DNA of 53,691 nucleotides, counting the filler, from Bipalium vagum (taxonomy: Eukaryota): the NCBI GenBank assembly GCA_037834085.1. It is 3 parts of 3 records of this genome, joined end to end, with 100 filler letters (N's around TTAATTAATTAA, not from the genome) between each part and the next. Parts side by side here need not be neighbours in the genome. Positions count along the whole stretch, not along the records: positions 34,587 to 53,691 come from JBBMKC010010070.1; 2 more parts are not named here. One strand, 5' to 3'. This document shows positions 37,680 through 48,517 of this stretch, in pieces. The notes below the pieces were generated by a model. It worked only from the letters and a program-made list of their open reading frames with translations, searched no databases and was not told where the DNA came from. Every line of letters starts with the position of its first letter. Within the stretch, counting starts at the first letter, position 1. The position numbers and the translations under genes were made by a program.

Positions 37680-40639
37680 ATGTTTAACCTTTTAACTCTC
37701 TTTGTTTTTGTACATGCCGTTTTATGTATAGATAAACCAAGAGGAATTCCTTTTTCAAGTAATAACTTATTATTTGTAAAGAAAGATATAACTTCATTTA
37801 AGAATTATCATTTTACCAACCAAATTCACCATTTAAATGCCTTGATGGATCGGGCATAATCAGTTGGTCAAAGGTAAACGATGATTACTGTGATTGTCGC
37901 GATGCCACTGATGAGCCCGGTACATCGGCTTGCTCTAATGGTGTCTTTTATTGCGACAATAAAGGCCATAAATCACAATATATTCTGTCATCTCGTGTTA
38001 ATGATGGTATTTGCGATTGTTGTGATGGACAAGACGAGTATTTTGGAATTATCAATTGTAACAACACCTGCTGGTATTTTCGTTATATTGATTCCTGTTA
38101 AATTGCTCTGAACAGGGAAATGGGTGCCATTGCAAGAGAAGAAGTAAAACGGTTGAAAGAGGCTGCTGTTAAGGGACACAAAATATATCAGGAATACATC
38201 AAAGACGTAAGTGTTGCGTTATCATTATTTTGTTTTCTCACTGAAATCATTTAAAGCACGAAGTTTCTGTGTCTGAAAAGAAGTCGAGACTTGAGGCGAT
38301 AAACGAGCAGTTCAAAGTTCTTAACGAGGAAAAGCTGGCTGCCGAACGAGTCAAAACTGACGCTGAGCTGATTGAATCAGATTCCAAGAGAACGTTTGAG
38401 GAAAGCTGGAAAAAGGCCCAATCAGAAAACGAGACAAACCAAGAGTTGAAGAGAACAACGAAAGCGTTCAAAGAACTCGACACAGATAAAAATGACAGGT
38501 ATTCACTTTATTCCCTGTCCACAGTTGACATTCTATCCATCGATTGGCAGAGTGTCAATTGACGAAATACAGAACCACCACGAATTCGATATTGATCAGA
38601 ACGGAGAAGTATCGATCGAGGAGGCTAAAGTAATTTATTGATTTAATTTTCTAATCGGTGATAGCAGTCATTGTTTTCATCGCTTGGATCGTTAGCAAGA
38701 TCAATTTTTTCACCAACCAATTATATTGAGAGTTTTCTTTCGATTATTTCCAAGGAATATTTAAGCGAGCATGAATCGGTCGATGAGATTCAATTCATGG
38801 AATTTGTCTGGCCCAATATCAAACAGATTTTCAAGTTCAAAGACGATCATCAGCACGACGTCCATTCTGATGACGACAATACAGATGCCGCTACCTCTAG
38901 GGAACCGAGTGGCGATCAATCGGCAGAGGAGGACAAGAAATTGGAAGACAGCGTTCAGACCAGCGGCGCAAAAATGGAATATGACGAGGAGACGTTGCGA
39001 ATCATCTCGAGTTAGGATTTTGTTTGGTTGTTGAACGAGGCGGAATCGAAAGAGAGTAAACGGATTTTATCGATTAGTTTTTTCCAGTGGCCGATGAAGC
39101 CCGAAAATCGTTTGAAGAATTGAACGAGAAATATACTAAATTGGAAAATGAGAAAAAGTTTGTTGATATTATTATATTGATTTGAGATAATGTTGGTTTT
39201 TTGAAAATATAGGTTGGAGAGCACTTTAAAAAATTATTATTCAATTAAAATATTATCTAATATTCAATTGATGTTTAATAAAAAGTCATTATCAGAAAAA
39301 TAATGGCATATAATTAATTGTTTTACAATCAGTAATCTTCAATGACCAATTAATTTCCGTTTATTGATATTGAATTTGATAACGGTTTCAAGTCCATGTA
39401 TTGGAATTAAAAATCTATATTGTTACAATCGGCAATCTACAGATCGTTAGATAAATCTGAATCTGCTTAAACGTTTTTTTATAAAAAATGAGAATTATTT
39501 TTCACTAAAATATTGATTTTGTTCCGTTTTGATTTAAATACTTTCTGATAATTGAAAGAAAAATCTCTTTATTCTCAAAGTTTCGTGGTAGACTTACGAT
39601 TTTTTGAAAAACTTGATAATCTCAGTATCTATTGAGATGTCTCAATAAAAAAATTTTCTCTCCTGCCGATGAAGTAGCTTTAGACAAATAACAGTTAACG
39701 TTTATGTTTTTTCAAACTCCTATTGATAGTTTTTTAAATATTTCATGAAATCTAAACCTTTGATTTGTTAATTGTGAAAGACATTGCCAAAGCGATACAA
39801 AAACCAAATCAGTCTTTTCTTTTCAATAATCCTTTATTGAAAATTAATCTCCAAGGTGACACTGTCTAATATAGTAATTATCGATCGAATTTGATCACAG
39901 TGAAAATCCACATTTACAGAGATCGATAATGTGGGACAAAGTTGTCCTCTCATGCCTGCAGTGGCATTATATTATTCGTTACAGCTGGTACATGTACGTT
40001 TTCATGGTAACACTTATTGAATTTTCAATGTGAAAAATTGTTGTTTTAATTATTGATTTCCCCTATCGATCGATGTCAATATTAATTGTATTTAAAATGT
40101 AATGAATAATCAATAATCCGAATGAAATAAAATTAATCAATACTATAGGAACATCGAAATTCTGCTCAATCTCGATTACGGAAAGAATCCGGCATTCTTC
40201 AAATTGGCTGAGGATGAAACGTGTTACGAGCTCGCCGATCGGGAATACATTTACAAAATGTGCCCGTTCAAAAAGACCAGTCAAATGTCGAAGGATTCTT
40301 CCTTCGAAACCGAGCTTGGTCGATGGGGCCATTGGATGAATGACGATCAATATTCCACTCAAATCTACGACAACGGTTTGGCCTGCTGGAATGGACCGAA
40401 TCGGCAGACGAAGGTTTGTTTTTTATCGATTTTTTAGTTCTGTCACTGACTTGAATTGTTAATTATCGTTGGTTTTCAATTGAAATCAATTTTCGGTTCA
40501 GGTGCAAGTTATTTGTGGCGTGGAGAACAAATTGACGGAAGCATCGGAGCCAAGTCGGTGCGAATATTTATTTAAATTTGAAACGCCTTCCGCATGTACA
40601 AAAACACCAGATCAATACGATGAGCATGACGAGTTGTAG
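37680..40639 (+). CDS. PRKCSH: Glucosidase II beta subunit (PRKCSH / 80K-H), complete, about 496 aa
   Basis: Exons 37680-37758, 37803-38073, 38116-38206, 38257-38498, 38551-38629, 38755-39010, 39088-39157, 40149-40413, 40502-40639 (1491 nt). Signal peptide; KPRGI; FKCLDGS...[20 protein letters not shown]...[17 protein letters not shown]; EF-hand-like loops ELDTDKND and [13 protein letters not shown]; acidic stretch; MRH domain (EYIYKMCPF...CWNGPNRQT...EPSRCEY); C-terminal HDEL*. Confidence 0.95.
39400..39980 (-). mobile_element. Possible LINE RT remnant in PRKCSH intron 7
   Basis: Decayed TDLVF..AFGNVFHN and [11 protein letters not shown] fragments (consensus DxxxxDxxKAFDxVxH; VNxxxSxxxxxxSG). 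Confidence 0.3.
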
Positions 40640-41329
40640 ATCGTTATTCTAACCGGTCATCATAGCAACATGTGGTGTGTAAATTATTGAATTATTTGGG
40701 CTTAATTTTTAAAAATAAAATGTGTTAAATAAACAAAAAATGCTTTGGCCTCCTTCATTTTTGTCGACAATTTCTTTTGTATGTGCTTCAATTTGTTTTG
40801 TTTAAAATATTTTTAATTAGTCGATATAGTTCTTAAAATTGATTTCTGCCGTGTTTTGTGCTGGTTTTTTCTTTTGTATTTCTTTTTCTCACCAACTCTT
40901 CCGTTGAAAACGTCTTAAAATTTCCATTTTTATCTGATATATTGTGATCTGGACTTAAATTATCTCTGTAAGTAGCGATTTATATCAGCAAGTGGCGGAA
41001 TAATGGTGTTTGTTTTCTTGAACTGGAATCTTTAAATTGATAAATGTTGATATCTGAAATAGAATCGCGATACTCCATCGTTCTGTGTGCTGATTTTTAA
41101 TAATCATATTATTATACTCTGGTTTTTCGTTTTTGTCAATGGAAGAATTTGTTTGGATTAGTTCAACTTAAGTAAAAATGCAACCACATAATTTTCAGGA
41201 AAGCTAATTAATTCATTTTATATATATAATGACTAACAAATGTAACGATCATGGAATCACTGAATTTGAATTTTTAAGAATTCTAAATGACTTTATGTTA
41301 CCGTAAGATTATGAATTGGATCATGTTAT

Positions 41330-42200
41330 TCTTTGGAAACTTACATATTTTAAGTCAACATACTTATCGACAATAGCTAGTGAGAGCCATATACTGGAAA
41401 TCGGAAACGATTATTCTGAAAGGATTGAGACTGGTGGAGAACACGCCCGTAGGCAAAGGAGGTTTACAGATTTTTTAAGTAGAGTGTAATCAAGTGAATG
41501 TGATTGCAGAAAGTGAAGAAACAGTTATTTCGCATGACAAATTGCAAGCAGGTCCAAGTGTGATGATACAAGTGCTGGATTTAGTATAAGATACAGATCA
41601 AGAACCAATGTAATGAGTAAGAAGATTGTCCAGAAACTGACAGATATCAGACTTCTACAGTATGGTAAAAATGAGATGATCAAATGACAGTTATTTAGAG
41701 ACAAGAGGGTCAATAAACGTTGAGGTTAGCGTTGGTGAAATTATTAAAATTTATAGTGGTAGAAAATTTCAAAAATAGATGCTATCCGAACATTTACGCA
41801 ACTCAAATGTATAAAAAACCTGAGAGGCTTTTTGGGTATATGCAATTACTATAGACGATTCATAAAAGGGTATGGGACACTTATGGGGAATAAATAATAA
41901 GAAATTGATTTGCACACCAAAGGAAATAAAGCTTTTGAAGAACTAAGAGGCACTGATGCCCAGCCAATATTATGATTTCTAGATATTAATTCTTGATATT
42001 GATGCAAATTTCGAAACTATTGGTGCACTTTTTCACAGAAAGATTCAAATTATAATGAAAGATTGGTTACATAAGTTTCACACTCAACGAAGGCTCGTGA
42101 AAAAGATTACTGTTAGACACGGGAAGATCTACTGACTGTCTTTCTTATTATTTATATGGTGAACTCTTCCCATTATGTATGGATTTTAAAGCAATAAGCT
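41330..42200 (+). mobile_element. Gypsy/Ty3 LTR-retrotransposon pol remnant (RT-RNase H)
   Basis: KNLRGFLGICNYYRRFIKGY; AFEELR; LDIDANFETIGAL; ERLV...EKDYC*TREDLL. Confidence 0.8.
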
Positions 42201-43159
42201 TAATTGTTACAAAAAATTTTCATTCGTTAGCTGAGATATCAACAAAATCAGTCATAGTTTGTAAAACATATTTTTAATGTCTTTAAAACAATAATACTCA
42301 AACAAATTTTCAATTCTTAAGAAATAAATTGTGCCATTAAATATCTAGATTCATCTCAATAAAAATTATTTTAAAATATATTAAAATTAAATGTACAATT
42401 TATTAAAAATTTAAAGTAAGCACAATGTAAAAATTAGAAATCAGTTTAAATATTCACAAGTTCAATAGTTCACTCACGTATATCACAAATATTAGTTTTT
42501 GGTGAATGAAAACTTCAATATCAATAAAAGGAAAGCTATAAATAACAAATTCACTTTTCAAATAAAAACAAAAGACTGTCATAAATAAAAAAAATGACAG
42601 ATTTTTATTCAAAATTAAATAATTGTAAATATTGTTATCTAACCCATATTAAAATTCATAGAAATATTCCAGAAAATAAAATACGATTATCACAGAAATA
42701 GAAAACAAGAAATCCAATGTTAAAATGTACACAAAATTTATATAATACCTTAAATAGAGCTTTAAAAGAAAAAAGAGAGTTAAATCATTCAGAAGAATTA
42801 TTTGGATTTAGTTTTGATTTTCTGTATGAATGAATTGAATTTCAATTTTATGTTGGAGTGACTTCGAAAAATTAAAGAAAATACTGGCATTTAGAGCGTG
42901 TTTTACCAATTTCAAAATTTAATTTAGATAATAAAATATATTTAAAAATTTTTATAATTGAAAAAATTAAAGACATTTAACTGTTCAAAATAATTTATCA
43001 AATAGTAATAAAGTAGATTTTTGGCAATATATATTTCAAAAAATTAAAGCAAAATATTTTATAAAGGAATATAAAAGGAAACGATAATAATTTTTTAAAA
43101 TACGTAATTCATTTTCACTATCTTTCTCAACTTTATTTTTTACTCTATCTGTTTTTTCA

Positions 43160-44712
43160 TTTTTTGTTTCAATATTAAACCTTTTTCCACCGATTATTTT
43201 TATTTCCATAAATTTTTCTATTACTAATAACAATTCGTTTTTCCTTTAAAATCTGAATCTTTTAAAATATATAAAGTTATAACAGCGCCATTTAAACATA
43301 ACATTTCTGGTTGATCATTTAAATCAAAATAACAGATAGAATATAAATTTTGTAAACCTAGTTGAGGATTATTGTTAAAATATTTACATGCTTTTACGTA
43401 ATTAGAATAAGTTCTATTATTTTTAAATTTTTCAAATTGTATAGGATTTAAAGGATAATAAGAATTATTAACTTGAACTCTTAAACATTTTTTATTTTGA
43501 ATAAACCAACTATTATTTTTGTGAAATTAATTTTAGATTCTCTAAAAGCAATAAATATACAAATTGGTTTATTTGATACACTATATAATTGTAATGTTTG
43601 TGTTGTTTCTTCAGTTAAATGTCTTTCTTCACAATGTCTAGATAAAAAATTTACATTTATCAATTTTCAATAATTTATTCTTGACCATAGATTTAATTTA
43701 CAAGATTTATTTAATTGTAATTCTGGAATAAATAGTTTCAAATCTATTAATTTTAATTTTGCATCTCCTTAGGGTCCATAAAATATTTTTTATCAATATC
43801 AATTTTTCTTGTAAATGGTAATTTTCCTTGCATGTTATAAATTACTCTCTTATAAAACTGTAAAAATCCAAACATTAATTTTAACCAAAATTCTCTTAAA
43901 AATTTGTTTTGTGAATACAATTTTTTTATTTCTTTGAATCCTTTATTATCTTTAGCTGGATCATCTTTAATTTTATCTGGTATCTAAAATATTATTTCTC
44001 CATTGTTATTTTTATCAACTGTGAAGTAATCAGTTATTAATCGAAAACCCAAGATCAATTCATTCATTACCAATCGATCAATCCCAAAATTTGGGTATCA
44101 ATTCCAAAGTCAACTACAATAATTATTTTAATTTTTTTTCAGATTAGAAACAATACTGATTATAATTTTATGATTTTACCAATTATATATAATTATTAAT
44201 TTTTTAAAATTTAAATAATAAAATAAATAAAATCTTACGCTGCGTCATTTGAAGAAACTGAAAGAACAGGATCGTCGGGGGTGGTTTGAAATAATAATAA
44301 TAATAATAATAATATAGGAGTCAGATTATAAAGAATTTGAGAAAAAATAATATACCCCATCATTCAAAAACCCAACACAATCATTAGAAAATTTGTTATA
44401 GAATTTGATGGACCACCGTTTTCAATTGTTTCTATTTCAGTGAAACCTAATTTTAAAGTTGTATTAGAAAATAAATATGGAAAGAAGTTCTTTTGTTAAG
44501 TTATTTTTTCGTCATTTTTTATATCTTGAATTTCAATTTTAAATAACATTGATTAATATAAAGATTTTGCTGATTGTAATAAAGAAAAATTAATATTTCT
44601 ATTATTATTTAAATTTGTTGAAATTGTTGGATTTAAAGAAATTTTTAAATAGTCACATTTTAGTTGTTAAGTCTTGATGATAATAATTTTTATATAGATT
44701 TAATTTAAACAT
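43160..44712 (-). pseudogene. Polinton-type double-jelly-roll major capsid protein, frameshifted, split by a 314-bp insertion
   Basis: NFFPYLFSNTTLKLGFTEIETIENGG; IPDK...DNKGF; LKLMFGFLQFYKRVIYN; LKLFIPEL; NKPICIFIAF; RVQVNNSYYPLNPIQF; LYSICYFDLNDQPEML. Confidence 0.75.
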
Positions 44713-44729
44713 TTTTAATAGAAAAAATT

Positions 44730-44964
44730 TGAAAAGATATTTTAAATGCTGAAGACATTATCATTTCTTCTTCTAAATTAATAAAAAATATATATTTTTC
44801 TCTCATGTGTAAATTGTATAAATCATGAAATTCTTCGTTTTCAAAAAATTAGATAAATTTTTTGAAAAAATTGGATCTTTATCTGATTTTGAAATTTTAA
44901 ATAAAATTAAAACATTTTCATTATTTCTTATATTTATTAAAGATAAATCAAAAAATGAATTGAG

Positions 44965-45000
<36 letters not shown>

Positions 45001-45380
45001 AATATTTATTATGTCTTCCTCTTGTAAAATACATTTCTATAAAATTTTGATTTTTTCATTTATTACATCATCAAAAACAATCAATTTTTTTAGTTTAATC
45101 TAATTTATCTGGTGAAGGAATTTTAACAGATAATTATTTATTATCATTATTTTCCATTAATTTCTGGCTTTATTTCTTTTTTTAAATTGTTCTCATTTAA
45201 ATTTAATTTTAATAATTCATATTTTGGTGGATTTTCTTGTATCAAATATTTTTTTGATGTTTTATCAAATCTTTCATTTCATTATTTTCATAAAAAATTC
45301 AATCTTTTTCATTTTGTCTTCATTTATAAATCTTTTAATTAATAAGATTTCATAAATTTTTATTCCTCTTGTATTAAAAA
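44730..45380 (-). pseudogene. A32/FtsK-like DNA-packaging ATPase, 5' (Walker A) part missing
   Basis: KIPSPDKLD..KKLIVFDDV (Walker B); IEMYFTRGRHNKYSIIY(IY)nISQ; SFFDLSLINIRNNENVLILFK. Confidence 0.8.
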
Positions 45381-45409
45381 TAAAATTATTATAAAATTAA
45401 TATAAAATT

Positions 45410-45720
45410 GTTATCAATATTTGAGCCAGGCCCACAGAAATTTGCGACCGTATTTGTTTTATTAAAAAGATTTTTAGATTTTAAATGTAATTCTTCTGGA
45501 TATTTTCCTGTTGGAAATTTATTTAAAAATTTATTATTAAATGTTACCATCTTTTTTATAAAAATTTGGGATATTTTTAATTTTTTACAATTACTTTTTT
45601 TAGTAATTTTTAGTACTTTTTTCATTATTACTCTTATCATTAGTACTTTTTATGATGTTTACTCTTATTATATTTTGAAATACTTTTTTTACAATCTTCA
45701 CAAAATTATGATTCAGTCAT
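45410..45720 (-). pseudogene. Truncated zinc finger + PLA2-like gene (copy A)
   Basis: ATG 45720 MTES*FCEDCKKSISKYNKSKH; then FLNKFPTGKYPEELHLKSKNLFNKTNTVANFCGPGSNID. Stops before the catalytic HD motif. Confidence 0.75.
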
Positions 45721-45787
45721 TTTTTTTAAAAAAAATAAAGATAAAAAATTTTTTCATATATTTTGTAAAATCAAAATGTTATTTTCA

Positions 45788-46200
45788 ATGACAGACGATG
45801 TGTTAAATTCACATTTAAAATAATACTATTGTAGTGTAGAAATGCGTGAAATCAATCAAGATCCAAGCTTTAAAATATAAATAAAAAACATTATTTTTGC
45901 CCGAATTTATGAGAATGAACATTATAAAAACCTTTGTAATGAATAAAAAATAATATCATAAATAAAGAAATAAAGAATTGCAAAAAGCTATTCAAGAAAT
46001 TAGAGAGGAAAATTAATTAAAAATTATAAGCTTAAAGAACAAATAAAAAATTTTAAACATACAATTGAAAAACTTAATACTGAAATTAAAAGTATAGTCT
46101 CACATTAAAAAAAAGATAAAATGAACAAAATAATGATTTTTTTGATTTTAAAAACAAATTTGAAAAAGGTGAAAATTATTAATACAAGACTTAAATAATT
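45788..46200 (+). pseudogene. Decayed hypothetical coiled-coil ORF within the Polinton region
   Basis: Fragments RIYENEHYKNL, NKELQKAIQEIREEN, SLKEQIKNFKHTIEKLNTEIK; diverges from copy A. Confidence 0.4.
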
Positions 46201-48517
46201 AAATGTAGAAATTTTTAAAAATTCAGTTTTTTGTAAGATATACCGCAGTTTATATACGGGATTATACGGTAATACTGTTATTTATGACATTGTATTCCTT
46301 TAATAATGATCTTATTTTTTCTTGATTATTCTAATTTTAATGAAAAAAGTTCGATATGGAAAGGTAAAGGAGAGTAAGAAGAAACTATAAAAATAGAACC
46401 ATCATTAAGTAGAAAAATAATAAAGACAAATACAGCGGTTAAAAGTTATTCATCTATTCATGTGGCGTAGATTCTTTACTATTTAAATAATATTGTAGAG
46501 ACTACTCCCAGGCAAGGAAACAAAAACGAATTGATCCAAACTTTAATGAAAACTTGAATTTAATGTTGTAAATTTTGTGATCCGAATCCTTTAATCTTTT
46601 ACAAAACCTATTATGTAAATCCTTTAAAAACCTTATTATGTATATGCATGTTATATTAGTATTTGGTATAAATTTTATGTGTAAATAATTTAATTGATAA
46701 ATCCCGAAAAAATAATTAATTAATAAAATATAATTAATACTCATAGAAATAATAAATAAATAAAAATAATTATAAATTTAGGAAAAATGATAAAGCTAAT
46801 TACTAAAAATAAAAATATTAACTAAATAACGAAATAAATAAATAAAAAATTATATAAGTAATAAATATAGTAAATTTATATTCCTATAAATAAAAATATG
46901 TAAAAATATTAATAAAATTAAAAACTTAATAAACAACAGAAACACCTAAAATACGAAAAAACCAGAGAGCAAAAAAAGTCTGCATTATTCATCAATTAAA
47001 AGCGAAGTTTAGATATCAGATTACTTCATAAAAGGGACAAATCGTCAAATTGTAATTGGATATTTTCGCAGTTATTAAAAGGAATTTTTTTAAATCGTCA
47101 AATTACCTCTGACAGGACAGTGTCAGATTACTAGGATACTGAGTATAAAAGCAAACAATCCCAAGCAGAAAAAGAGGAATTAAAATCGAAGACACGAAAC
47201 AGTATCTTACTTTTGTTGAAGACAATTCAAAATATTTAATTCGTATTCCGATTTTGAATTATTAAGAAGAAAGATATTTTCATTCTGGTATTTTGCAAAT
47301 TATAAGTGTTCAATCCGGTGCTCCATAATTCAAAGATAGCCAGCAGTAATTATTTTATTTATTTTAATCAAATCATAAATAGCAATTTGATTTAAAATTG
47401 TATATTGTGATTATTAAATAAAGTATAAAGTCTTGAAACTAACTCAGATAGAATAATTGGATAAATCCCCAATTATTATATCAATATCAAAATAAAAATC
47501 CTTTTTGTTGTGTTTTCCCTTATTTTCTTTTTATCGCCTTCTCTACGCCTATTATGGCGGAGAGGCGCCTGTTTCTTTTGAGGGCTCTTGAGGCTAGGTT
47601 AGCGAAGAGCAAACTAAATTCTTTCTTAAAAACTTAACTACCGGGATTTACCAATTAATATACAACATCTGTATTTTGTTTTATTTGTTTGTTCAACAAA
47701 AATTAAAAATTTATAATTATAAATTTAATAACTTGTTTTAATTTGCGTTAGTGGATAATTTTTATTTAAACCTTATGAAGTGTTATCGAATCATTTGTAT
47801 ATTTTGATCAGTTCGATTTGATTTTATTATTTGCATAATCTTTTAAATACCTAGTCGATTAAAAATAATTATAATTCATTTTTCTTTTATTTGAACACGA
47901 AGATTAACACACAAAAGGAACCCCGTTTGTACCTCATTTTTTCCTCACTCATTCGCATATACGCCTCTCGGCGCACACGCTCATTCGTTTGTCAAAAACC
48001 TTTTTAACAAATAAGATCCCCTTTGTGGGGCATATAAAATATAATTTTTTTCATACACATAAAATATACCAAAAAATCAAAAAATAATAAAAAATTTAAA
48101 ACTGAAAAAATCAATTTTTTTTCAAAAATGGAAACTAAAAGAAACGATTTAAATAACCTATCCAATCTAGAATTAAATAAAATACAAAATAAATTTCCAC
48201 AACATAAATATTATGAAATATATTTACGAGCAAAATCTTTTAATTTAGAATAAAAATATTTAAAATCTTATTCTAAAGATTTATTATGGTTAATAGATAA
48301 TTGTACATTTGACTCATAAAAATAAAATAAAAGAACAACATAAAAATCTGAATGATATAATTTTTTTAATTATTCTAAAATAAATAAAGAATTAAGTGTG
48401 GAAATATTAAAATTTTATCAAGGAAAATTAATAAAAATTTTAAATAAAACTCAATAATTAATTTTATTAATTTTTTAATTATAATTATTTTTTAATAATC
48501 TTTTTTTTCCTAAAAAA

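Noticed and set aside
40826-41170. Coding-like minus-strand stretch convergent with PRKCSH
   Set aside because: Frames are interrupted by stops and show no recognisable motif.
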